This document shows positions 55,969-64,000 of a DNA stretch of 64,000 nt, in pieces. The stretch comes from Methanobacteriota archaeon (GTDB lineage Archaea; Thermoplasmatota; Thermoplasmata; UBA10834), in the NCBI GenBank assembly GCA_020725925.1, contig DYTN01000007.1, forward strand, positions 9,233-73,232. Reading direction: 5' to 3'. The notes under the pieces are model-generated. The model did not search any database and was not told the origin of the DNA. It worked only from the letters and a program-made list of their open reading frames with translations. Numbering within the stretch: position 1 is the first letter of the stretch; each line of letters opens with the position of its first letter. Made by a program: the position numbers and the translations under genes.

Positions 55969-57012
55969 ATGGATGTCGAATCTAAGTTGTCTCTCGCCAC
56001 CAGGAACGCCGTCGAGGTGATCACCGTCGAGGAGCTGAGGAAGCTCTTCGAGACCAAGGGCAAGCCGACGGCATACATCGGGTACGAGCCCAGCGGGTTC
56101 GTGCACACGGGCCAGGTCATCACCGCGGCCAAGATAGTGGATCTCCAGAACGCGGGCGTCGAGGTGACGATATTCCTGGCCGACTGGCACGCTTTCATCA
56201 ACGACAAGTTCGGGGCGAACCTGGACAACATCCGCGTGTGCGGGGAGTACCTGAAGGAGTGCTTCCTCGCCCTAGGGGTCAAGGACACCGCGAAGTTCGT
56301 CTGGGCGAGCGACCTGATAGACCACGCCAGCTACTGGGAGAAGTTCCTCCGCATCAGCAAAGCGAGCTCGCTCATGCGGATCAAGCGCGCCATGACGATC
56401 ATGGGCAGGACTGAGGACGAGGCCGAGATGGACGCGTCCAAGGTGATGTACCCGCCCATGCAGGCGGCGGACATATTCGAGCTCGGGGTAGACATCGCCC
56501 TCGCGGGCATGGACCAGCGCAGGGCGCATATGCTCGCCAGGGACGCGGCCGAGAAGCTCGGCTGGAACAAGCCCATCGCGCTCCACACGCCGTTGCTGGT
56601 GAGCCTGCTCGGGAGCGGCAGGATGGACCCAGTCGAGGCCAAGATGTCCAAGAGCACTCCGAACAGCGCCTTGTTCCTGCACGACACGCCCGACGAGATC
56701 TCCAAGAAGATCAAGAACGCCTTCTGCCCGGCGACCGTCGAGGAGAACCCCGTAATGGACATCGTGAAGCTGATAGTCTTCCCGAAACTGGGCAAGGTGG
56801 AGATCGACCGCCCAGCGAAGTACGGCGGGTCGATCGAGTTCGACAGCCTCGAGGCGCTCTCCCAGGCATATTCCTCGGGGAAGCTCCACCCGCAGGACCT
56901 GAAGAAGGGAGCGGCTGAATCGCTCGTGGCGATACTGGAGCCGATCAGGAAGCACTTCGAGGCGCATCCTCAGAACCTGGCCAAGGTCAAGGCGCTTTCA
57001 GTCACGAGATGA
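55969..57012 (+). CDS. tyrS: Tyrosine-tRNA ligase
   Basis: YIGYEPSG.VHTG, YPPMQAADI, GMDQRRAH, KMSKS, LHPQDLK. Confidence 0.96.
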   Translation: MDVESKLSLATRNAVEVITVEELRKLFETKGKPTAYIGYEPSGFVHTGQVITAAKIVDLQNAGVEVTIFLADWHAFINDKFGANLDNIRVCGEYLKECFLALGVKDTAKFVWASDLIDHASYWEKFLRISKASSLMRIKRAMTIMGRTEDEAEMDASKVMYPPMQAADIFELGVDIALAGMDQRRAHMLARDAAEKLGWNKPIALHTPLLVSLLGSGRMDPVEAKMSKSTPNSALFLHDTPDEISKKIKNAFCPATVEENPVMDIVKLIVFPKLGKVEIDRPAKYGGSIEFDSLEALSQAYSSGKLHPQDLKKGAAESLVAILEPIRKHFEAHPQNLAKVKALSVTR

Positions 57013-57957
57013 GCCCAGCTTCTTCAGCAGCTTGACCGCGTTCTCGACCGAGATGTTCAGGATCGCCTCGACATCGCCCGTGCCGGAGAGGCCCGCAGCT
57101 CCTGGGTGGCCCCCGCCGCCGTTGGTCGTCTCCGAACCGACACCGCCGAGCAGCTTCCCGAGGTGCACGCCCTTCCTGACCATCGCCTGGGTCGCCCGGG
57201 CGCTCACTCGGAACTGTTCCCCCCGCTGCGACCCCACGAAGGCGATGTCCGCGCCGAGGGACAGCAGCGCCTTGCACACGGAGGCCTCGAAGGCGCTCCC
57301 CTGGGACACGGCGACCAGGTAGTCCCCGACCTTCCAGTACTTGAGCCTCTGCGCTCCTTTGAGCTGCGACACCCGCTCCGAGATGTCGACATCGACGCTG
57401 ACGAGGCCCATGACCTCGTCCATCTGGATGCCGTGCCGCTCCATAAGGCGGGAGAAGGTCACGAGCGTCTGGGGCCTGGCGAACTTGAAGTATCCCGTGT
57501 CCGTGAGCATGCCGAACATGAGCCCGAGCGCGGCATCGCGGGAAGGCTCCTTCCCGGAAGTCGAGATCAGTTCGTTGACTATTTCGGAGCAGGAGCTCTT
57601 GCCGTCGTCACAGTAGTAGATCTTCGCCCCCGCCCACTTCTCATTCTTGGTGTGGTGGTCCACGACAATCGCCTTCGACAGGTCGAAGTCGCCGTTCAGC
57701 TGCTCCGGGCCAGAGGTGTCGAGTATCAGCAGCCTGTCCATCCGCGTCTTGGACAAGTCCTCAACGGTCTCGATGCTCAGCTCCTTGGCCAGGAGCTTCG
57801 AGATGCGGTCGAGCCCGCCCGGGACGCCTATCGTGACCTTCGGAAAAGCCTCCTGGACGGCGAAGGCGCTCGCGAGCGCGTCTGGGTCCGCGTTGCCGTG
57901 CAGGAGCACCAGGGTGTCGCCGCCGCTGGCCAGCTCCTTGGCGATGCTCTGGAGCAC
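56998..57957 (-). CDS. DHH family phosphoesterase
   Basis: HGNADPDA, VDHH, LTDTG.F, GGGHPGAAG. Confidence 0.9.
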   Translation of the reverse strand: MLQSIAKELASGGDTLVLLHGNADPDALASAFAVQEAFPKVTIGVPGGLDRISKLLAKELSIETVEDLSKTRMDRLLILDTSGPEQLNGDFDLSKAIVVDHHTKNEKWAGAKIYYCDDGKSSCSEIVNELISTSGKEPSRDAALGLMFGMLTDTGYFKFARPQTLVTFSRLMERHGIQMDEVMGLVSVDVDISERVSQLKGAQRLKYWKVGDYLVAVSQGSAFEASVCKALLSLGADIAFVGSQRGEQFRVSARATQAMVRKGVHLGKLLGGVGSETTNGGGGHPGAAGLSGTGDVEAILNISVENAVKLLKKLGSSRD

Positions 57958-58039
57958 GAGTAGATGTCAGAAGCGTCGGTGTATAAAATAGGTGCTGAGC
58001 TCGTGGTTTCTGACTGCGGGGGAGCGTCCGGGCGTCTGC

Positions 58040-58426
58040 TCAGCCCGAGTCGCTCTCCGGCTTGGGGGCGGCGACCGCGGGCCCCTGGAGGGCCTGCGTG
58101 ATCTGGTCCTGGAGGCTCTTGTGCCTCTCCCTCAGGTGTTTGTCCTGCCTGTCCAGCGTCTTGACGCGCACCTCGGTCGTCTCCTTCTGCTCCTTGAGCT
58201 CCGTGACGAGGGCCGCGCGGTCCTTCACCTGTATCAGGAGCGAACCCGCGTTCTTGAACACGACCGCATCCTCCGCTGCCTTCTCGAGCTCCTCGACGGT
58301 CTTCTCCAGCTCCCTCACCTGCGCCTCGAGCTGTATCTTCTGCGTGGTGACTATCTGGATCTGCTGCGTCAGCTGCTGGAACTGCGCGATCTGGTTCTGG
58401 ACCTTCGGGGGAATGTTGTCCATCAT
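58040..58426 (-). CDS. pfdB: Prefoldin subunit beta
   Basis: IPPKVQNQIAQFQQL.QQ, VFK.AG.LL, coiled coils. Confidence 0.93.
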   Translation of the reverse strand: MMDNIPPKVQNQIAQFQQLTQQIQIVTTQKIQLEAQVRELEKTVEELEKAAEDAVVFKNAGSLLIQVKDRAALVTELKEQKETTEVRVKTLDRQDKHLRERHKSLQDQITQALQGPAVAAPKPESDSG

Positions 58427-58668
58427 CTCCTTCCTGCCTCCTTCGCCGTCTCCTCTGCCACATTGGTCCATCTGATATATGAGTTCAGGGCCGCCCTGAG
58501 CGCCGTCTGGTCGTCCGCCACGATCTCGACCACGACCTCGCCCTTCTGGGTCTTGACCGCGACCTTCGTCCTCGGTATCCGCTCCGCCAGCTCCGGAGAG
58601 AGCGCACCCGAGAGCACCTCTGGCCTCTCGGTCCTCACCCTGAGCTCGGCCCTGCACGCCAAGGTCAT
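58423..58668 (-). CDS. pcc1: KEOPS complex subunit Pcc1
   Basis: ALSPE, A.D.TALRAALNSY.RW. Confidence 0.88.
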   Translation of the reverse strand: MTLACRAELRVRTERPEVLSGALSPELAERIPRTKVAVKTQKGEVVVEIVADDQTALRAALNSYIRWTNVAEETAKEAGRR

Positions 58669-58799
58669 CTTCCCTGGATCAGTTTCCTGACGTTCGGCCT
58701 CTCCTTGTAGAAGACCTTGGAGCCGCACTTCTCGCACTGCAGCCCGACCGTGTTGACGTTCGTCCTCACGGGCTCCTTGCACTTCGAGCACTTGTACAT
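58665..58799 (-). CDS. rpoP: RNA polymerase subunit Rpo12 (RpoP)
   Basis: Manual translation MYKCSKCKEPVRTNVNTVGLQCEKCGSKVFYKERPNVRKLIQGR; position between eL43 and pcc1; not in ORF track. Confidence 0.92.
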   Translation of the reverse strand: MYKCSKCKEPVRTNVNTVGLQCEKCGSKVFYKERPNVRKLIQGR

Positions 58800-58804
58800 C
58801 TCAT

Positions 58805-59161
58805 CTACTCCTTCTTGCCCTTCCTGGGCCTGTCCGCCTTGGCAGGCTCCTCTTCCGGCTCCTCGATGACCTCCTCCTCGGCCATCTCCCTGCCCTCGAC
58901 CTTCGCAAGGACCTCGGCGAGCTCGCGCTTCACCGCCACGGGCGGCGTCGGCATGTAGGAGCTGCTGGCGATCCTAGCACCGCATCGCCTGCACGCCCAT
59001 ATGCCGCTTGCGGTCCTTGTCATCGCCTGGGCCCTGCATTTGGGGCACTCGTGCCTGCCCTTGCTCACGCCCTCTACATCCGCGATGCGTCTCCTGATCC
59101 TGACACCGTACCTCGCGCCTAACCTGCCGGCGGAACCGACCTTCTTGGTTCTCTTGGACAT
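58805..59161 (-). CDS. rpl37ae: 50S ribosomal protein eL43 (L37Ae) with C-terminal extension
   Basis: KKVGSAGRLGARYG, CPKC, GIWACRRCG. Confidence 0.93.
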   Translation of the reverse strand: MSKRTKKVGSAGRLGARYGVRIRRRIADVEGVSKGRHECPKCRAQAMTRTASGIWACRRCGARIASSSYMPTPPVAVKRELAEVLAKVEGREMAEEEVIEEPEEEPAKADRPRKGKKE

Positions 59162-59176
59162 CAGCGTCACTCCCCG

Positions 59177-59947
59177 TCAGAACCTCGAGCGCACTTCCGA
59201 TCCTATCTTCCTGGACAGCTCGACGACCTTGAACACCTCGTCCAGCTTGAAGGCACCGTTGAGCCCCTTCTGCATGGCGCACAGGTTGCCGGTCTCGAGC
59301 GTCGCGACGGTGAGCCTCGCCTCAGCCACCCTCTCCTCGTCGTGGGTCGGGTCGATGAGTATCTTGTCATCTATCTTGACTGCTGTGATGGAGATCGGCT
59401 GGTGCTGGACGGGGAGCTGGTAGTCCTCGCCCTTGCCCGCGCGCTTCGCAGGCACGATGCATGTCTTGAGGGCAGCGTTCGCGCCTATGTTGGCGGCGTC
59501 GAACAGGTTGCCGTCGTAGTCGAGGACATGCACGTCCACGAACATGATCCAGACCTCCTTTCCGGGCTCGATCACGAGCTTCGACATGTCCACGGCGTGG
59601 CCTTCCCTGATGCCCCTATCTATGACCCTCGCGACCTCGATGGACTCCTGGTCCGGCGGGCCGCCCTCGAAGCTGTCGCTGGCCATCGGAATGAGCTCTG
59701 CGTTGGTCGTGAGCACGCCGCTGTTAGGCGTGTCCGGGAATGGCTCCCCAGTGACGAGCTTCACGCCCACCACGACCTGCGTGTTGCCCAGCTCCACTCT
59801 CGCGGAGCCCTCGGCCGAGCGCACGAAGCCCGTCTCAATCTTGAGCGGGCGCATCTCGTCGAAGCGTCTGCCGTCCGCCCTGGCACCCTTCGCCAGGAGC
59901 TTGGATATGTAGTCCCGCTTCAGGTCAGCAACGACATCCTTGCCCAT
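59177..59947 (-). CDS. rrp42: Exosome complex subunit Rrp42
   Basis: RADGR, AEGSA.V.LG.T.V, PFPDTP, LDYDGNL.DA. Confidence 0.95.
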   Translation of the reverse strand: MGKDVVADLKRDYISKLLAKGARADGRRFDEMRPLKIETGFVRSAEGSARVELGNTQVVVGVKLVTGEPFPDTPNSGVLTTNAELIPMASDSFEGGPPDQESIEVARVIDRGIREGHAVDMSKLVIEPGKEVWIMFVDVHVLDYDGNLFDAANIGANAALKTCIVPAKRAGKGEDYQLPVQHQPISITAVKIDDKILIDPTHDEERVAEARLTVATLETGNLCAMQKGLNGAFKLDEVFKVVELSRKIGSEVRSRF

Positions 59948-60727
59948 CTACGGTCCCTCCTTGGGCATCTCGGGGACCGCCTGTGCGGCATCGACGTCGG
60001 CCGAGCTCGCGCTGTAGCGCCTCTTGAGGGCGTCCCTCTGGATCTCCGAGACCTTCCTGCACGCGTCTATGGCCATCCGGACGCCCTTGTCGAACTCCTC
60101 CGGTGAGAGGTCGCCGTCCATCTGGAGCAGGACGATCTCCCCCGTCCTGGGCACGTATCCGAGCGGTATGTCCGCCTGGCCGGAGTTGTCCTCCTCCTTG
60201 CCGAGGTCCAGGACAACGGTGTCCGCGACCTTTCCGGCGGCGCATGCAGCGACCAAGTCCTTCATCGGCACCCCGGCGTCTGCGAGCGCCACGGAGGCGG
60301 CCGTCAGGCCAGCGCACCTCGTGCCAGCGTTCGCCTGGAGCACCTCGATGTACACATCGATCGATGTCCTGGGGAAGTACTCGGTGAACACGACGTGCGT
60401 GAGTGCCTCGGAGATGATCTTGGATATCTCGTGCGAGCGTCTATCGGGGCCTGGCCTCTTCCTGTCTTCCACGGAGAACGAGGCCATGTTGTAGTTGCAC
60501 TGCACGAGCGCCCTCTCTGGGTTCTGGAGATGCCTCGGATGGCACTCCCTCGGGCCGTACACTGCCGCCATGACCTTGTTCTGTCCCCATTCCACGTACG
60601 CAGAGCCGTCGGCCCTCTTGAGCACGCCGGCCTCTATCCTCAGCGGCCTCATCTCGTCCGGTCTTCTGCCGTCTATCCTGAGGCCCCTCTCGTCAATCAG
60701 TTTCAAGTCTGTGGGCGTTCCACCCAT
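59948..60727 (-). CDS. rrp41: Exosome complex exonuclease Rrp41
   Basis: [37 protein letters not shown]. Confidence 0.96.
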   Translation of the reverse strand: MGGTPTDLKLIDERGLRIDGRRPDEMRPLRIEAGVLKRADGSAYVEWGQNKVMAAVYGPRECHPRHLQNPERALVQCNYNMASFSVEDRKRPGPDRRSHEISKIISEALTHVVFTEYFPRTSIDVYIEVLQANAGTRCAGLTAASVALADAGVPMKDLVAACAAGKVADTVVLDLGKEEDNSGQADIPLGYVPRTGEIVLLQMDGDLSPEEFDKGVRMAIDACRKVSEIQRDALKRRYSASSADVDAAQAVPEMPKEGP

Positions 60728-60732
60728 TCGAA

Positions 60733-61428
60733 TCACATCTCCCTCTCTGAGCCCTTCCTGCTCAGCAGCTCCTTTACTTTCTCCGTCAGGCCGAGGCTGT
60801 GCGACTCATCCTCGATCAGCTTGATGGCCCGCACGGCCTTGACTATGTTGTCCAGCTCCCCGTCGATCCAGATCCTGCCGTTCTGCCCGACATATATGCG
60901 GCAGCCGGTCTCGTTCTTCAGCATCTGTATCATGGAGCCGTTCTTGCCAATGACGCGGGGCACCTTGGATGGCGAGACCTCCATCACCATGCCCCCCGTG
61001 AGCTTTCTCAGCCCGTGGTCCTGCATGGACACCTGGATCCGCTTCACCTCGTCCACGCCGACGACCTTGATGAGCACTATGTCCCCGACGGTCATGAACT
61101 TCCCAGTCTCGCCGAACTCGACCCTCCAGGGCACCTCGTTGACGTGCAACGGTGCCGGATAGGGCGAGTTGATGTCCACGAGCCAGTTGGAGGCGCCTAT
61201 GTCGACAATCTTGCCTACCACGAGGTCGCCTCGGATTGGTATGTACTGCCCCGACAGGGGCACGACGCTGATCGAGTCCTGTCTCACGGTCTTTATCCCG
61301 AGCTGCGAGGCGAATATCTTGCCCCCCTCGGAATAGGTCCCGGGCCCCGCCTTCTTGCCGGAGATGGCAAGGAGGTCCCCAGGTACGACTATCTCTCTCG
61401 AGCTCTCCTTAGAATCGTTTGTCTCCAT
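60733..61428 (-). CDS. rrp4: Exosome RNA-binding subunit Rrp4
   Basis: [32 protein letters not shown]. Confidence 0.95.
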   Translation of the reverse strand: METNDSKESSREIVVPGDLLAISGKKAGPGTYSEGGKIFASQLGIKTVRQDSISVVPLSGQYIPIRGDLVVGKIVDIGASNWLVDINSPYPAPLHVNEVPWRVEFGETGKFMTVGDIVLIKVVGVDEVKRIQVSMQDHGLRKLTGGMVMEVSPSKVPRVIGKNGSMIQMLKNETGCRIYVGQNGRIWIDGELDNIVKAVRAIKLIEDESHSLGLTEKVKELLSRKGSEREM

Positions 61429-61622
61429 CTGTCTCACTCGCTTGGTGCGATAAAAGCGCTGCCAGCGAGGCGTCAAATCACAAAGACTTGCCACGCGGCT
61501 CGCAGTGCATTTACCCTTATCTCTGTTCGGAGCCGAAAACGCGTTCCGTGCTTAAAGGTTTTGGTCGTGCGGGTGAGGGCCTGCAGGGTCTCCGCTTGAA
61601 ATAGCCAGCACCTCGAAAACCG

Positions 61623-62318
61623 TCACTTGATGATCTTCGTCTCGGCCTCACCGTGCGTCTTGTTGCTGAGCTTCTCCAGGAAGTCGGTCTGCATCCCCGC
61701 GGGCATCTCGACGATGCCTATCCAAGAACCGTCCTTCTGCCACTCCTCCTTTGTGATCTTCCCGAAGTGCTTGAAATCCTCGTAGCACCGCCCGTAGTTC
61801 TCCCCCGACACCTTGACCGCTATCCGGACCTTGTCGAACCGGATCGGTATGAGCGGGCGGAGGGCGTCCATGATCCCGGGCACCTGCGCCTCAACGGGCT
61901 TGAACGGGTCGACGTGCACCCTCGCCTCCTCCATGGCGGTCTCGATCCTCGTCGGCGGGTGCGGGGCGCCCGTCTGGGGGTTCATGGCGTTCCTAGCGAT
62001 GTACTCCACGATGCGCTTGCGCTTGTTCTCCTGCATTATCTTCCGCTGCTCGGTCGTGAGCTGGACCTCGCCTTTCAGAACGATCGCACGGGCGACCTCC
62101 GTGGGGTCTACCGTCCCGAAGACCTCCTTGATCTTGTCCTCGGGAGCACGCGTGCCCTTCTTCGCGTTCTTGAAGATGGTGTCTATGACCATGTTGTCCA
62201 GCAGGTCGACCTCCTTGCCGTCCTTCATCTTCTGGACGACCTTGGGGTCTATGAGGATCTCGAAGCTCTCTCCGTGCGCCTCGTACCTTGCCACTATCGC
62301 CTCGTCGAGGTCGACCAT
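61623..62318 (-). CDS. Ribosome maturation factor SBDS/SDO1
   Basis: FEIL.DP, GEVQLT.EQR, PHPP.RIE.AM. Confidence 0.95.
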   Translation of the reverse strand: MVDLDEAIVARYEAHGESFEILIDPKVVQKMKDGKEVDLLDNMVIDTIFKNAKKGTRAPEDKIKEVFGTVDPTEVARAIVLKGEVQLTTEQRKIMQENKRKRIVEYIARNAMNPQTGAPHPPTRIETAMEEARVHVDPFKPVEAQVPGIMDALRPLIPIRFDKVRIAVKVSGENYGRCYEDFKHFGKITKEEWQKDGSWIGIVEMPAGMQTDFLEKLSNKTHGEAETKIIK

Positions 62319-62328
62319 GACCCTCAGC

Positions 62329-63045
62329 TCATGCGGACAGTCTCTTCACGTAGGCCTCGACCTCGGCCTCCGAGAGCCTCCTGAACCTCTCCCCCGCCTT
62401 GACCAGGCCTATCTCGACGGCCTTGGTGTTCAGGCTCTCCTCCGTGGCCTTGGTGAGCGCCTTCAGCCCGAGAAGTATCGCCTCGTCCATGGTCATCTCC
62501 TCCTTGAACTCCTCCTCGAAGACGTCCATGATTGCATTCTTGCCCGCGCCTATCGAGCCCGCCTTGTACGCCACCAGCGCCCCGCTGGGGTCGGTCTCGA
62601 ACAGGTGGCAGCCCTGCTCGTCCACGCCCGCGACCAGCAGCGCCGTCCCGAAGGGCCTCACGCCGCCGTATTGCGTGTAGTTCTGCTTGAAGTCGCAGAG
62701 CCTCTTCACGAGGGTCTCGATGTCCATCTTCTCGGCGTATGTGACCTTGTTGATCTGTGCGAGCATCCTCGCGTAGTCCACCAGGACCCTCGCGTCGGCC
62801 ACGAGGCCAGATGTGGCGCAGCCGATGTGCTCGTCTATCTGGAATATCTTCTCTATCGATTTCGACTCGATGAGCTTGCTGGCAATCCTCTTGTCCACGA
62901 TGAGGGCGACGCCGTCCTTGAACTTCAAGCCAACTGTGGTCGTGCCCCTCTTGACGGCCTCCCTCGCGTACTCGACCTGGAACAGCCTGCCATCGGGCGA
63001 GAACACAGTAATTGCCCGGTCGTATGCCATTTGTCCTGGTTGCAT
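62329..63045 (-). CDS. psmA: Proteasome subunit alpha
   Basis: [36 protein letters not shown]. Confidence 0.97.
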   Translation of the reverse strand: MQPGQMAYDRAITVFSPDGRLFQVEYAREAVKRGTTTVGLKFKDGVALIVDKRIASKLIESKSIEKIFQIDEHIGCATSGLVADARVLVDYARMLAQINKVTYAEKMDIETLVKRLCDFKQNYTQYGGVRPFGTALLVAGVDEQGCHLFETDPSGALVAYKAGSIGAGKNAIMDVFEEEFKEEMTMDEAILLGLKALTKATEESLNTKAVEIGLVKAGERFRRLSEAEVEAYVKRLSA

Positions 63046-63167
63046 TTCCGTGACACCTCTGAGAGCAAGATGACTGAAGCTACTGCTTCTATGACTGGAT
63101 TCTGCCTAAGGCGGTCTCGGATATAAAGGTTTTCGGCCGACCGTTGAGGCGCTTTCACGACCCAGAA

Positions 63168-63500
63168 CTAGTACTCGTCTCCGCCAACCATGTGCTCCTT
63201 GTAGTGCGTCTTCAGCTTCCTGATGGTGCCCGAGGTCTTGAGTGTGAGCACCCTGCACGGCACTCCCCGGACCTCGTCCACCGACCCGAGCACCTCGATA
63301 GCAGCGTCCTTGAGCTTGTGCGGGACCTTGAGTATCCCGAAGTTCCGGTCGAAGACGGTTATGCGGAATGTGTCGCCGAGCGGCGTGCCCTTGGCCTTTC
63401 TGAGAAGAGCTCCGAGGAAATCGTTCCTTGCGACCGTCGAGCCTCCTTCGATCTCGAAGGCGATGTACCTCCACTTCTCGCCCGGGGCTCTTCTGGGCAT
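63168..63500 (-). CDS. rnp2: RNase P protein component 2 (Pop5/Rpp14)
   Basis: RYIAFEI, TSGTIRKLK; position upstream of psmA. Confidence 0.85.
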   Translation of the reverse strand: MPRRAPGEKWRYIAFEIEGGSTVARNDFLGALLRKAKGTPLGDTFRITVFDRNFGILKVPHKLKDAAIEVLGSVDEVRGVPCRVLTLKTSGTIRKLKTHYKEHMVGGDEY

Positions 63501-63508
63501 GGGAGCCC

Positions 63509-64000
63509 TCAGCGGACGAACTCGACGCCGTGCTTCGTGTTCGGCTCGGAGTCGAACTGCGGCATCAGGTTCGGGCTCTTGACGCCCGTGAGGACCACCA
63601 TGACCCTCACGGTCCCGCTCAGGTTGTTGTCCACGCTGCATCCCCAGATCGTCCTCGCGCTCGGGCTGATCTCCGCGGTGACGAGCTCAGCGGCCTTCTC
63701 GGCCTCCGCGACGGTCATGTCGTTCCCGCCTGTCACCCTGATCAACGCGCCTCGCGCTGTCGAGAGGTCGATCTGGCCGAGCAGGGGCGACTCGAGCGCC
63801 TGGCGCACGGCGTCGTCGATCCTGTCTCCCTTAGCCGTCTTCGTCGTTCCCTCGCCCATGCCTATCATCGCGACCCCGCCGTTCTTCATGATGGTCATCA
63901 CGTCGTTGAAGTCGAGGTTCACGAGCCCCGGCCTCGTGATTATCTCGGTCAGGCCCTTGATGGATTCCATGAGGACCTCGTCCGCGACCCTGAAAGCGGC
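63509..64000 (-). CDS. ftsZ: Cell division protein FtsZ (3' part; 5' end beyond window)
   Basis: AFRVADEVL, PGLVNLDFNDV T7 loop, GVAMIGMG, AL.SPLL, TIWG, VMVVLTG. Confidence 0.93.
   Translation of the reverse strand, partial: AAFRVADEVLMESIKGLTEIITRPGLVNLDFNDVMTIMKNGGVAMIGMGEGTTKTAKGDRIDDAVRQALESPLLGQIDLSTARGALIRVTGGNDMTVAEAEKAAELVTAEISPSARTIWGCSVDNNLSGTVRVMVVLTGVKSPNLMPQFDSEPNTKHGVEFVR

Noticed and set aside
37550-64000. Numerous long plus-strand ORFs opposite the ribosomal and exosome operons
   Set aside because: Antisense shadow ORFs expected in GC-rich coding DNA; only tyrS has real motifs.

Overview
GC-rich archaeal chromosomal segment, most likely from a Thermoplasmatota (Thermoplasmata) genome. 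This placement is inferred from gene content and order, not from a database search. The right half (about 37.5-64 kb, almost all minus strand) is conserved core: the 3' part of ftsZ, the Pop5/proteasome/SBDS/exosome/eL43/RpoP/Pcc1/prefoldin superoperon, a DHH protein, TyrRS, a short histone-fold gene, RaSEA, and the S10-spc ribosomal cluster through secY, DUF106, cmk and cbf5. The left half mixes housekeeping and metabolic genes (NAC, mptA, rnhB, tRNA-iMet, non-Pyl MttB, glmU/glmS, AlaX, a GlcD/GlcF-like pair, a frameshifted FprA, ade/hpt) with several unusual elements. These are: (1) a two-gene unit of a CDIN1/C15orf41-like nuclease and a CRISPR-less Cas4-like Fe-S nuclease with four transmembrane helices (a duplicated hairpin) inserted inside it; (2) a mutasome-like cassette of inactive RecA/RadA-like protein, small helical protein and PolB2, with a 167-aa mini-intein in PolB2, an apparent ACG start on the small gene, and a damage-box-like promoter motif; (3) a 950-aa membrane/long coiled-coil/degenerate KaiC protein next to a beta-CASP nuclease; (4) a free-standing HTH-LAGLIDADG gene abutting tRNA-iMet; (5) a highly structured leader upstream of rpl3; (6) small Cys-rich ORFs missed by the ORF track. 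No CRISPR array, rRNA, integrase or transposase was seen.
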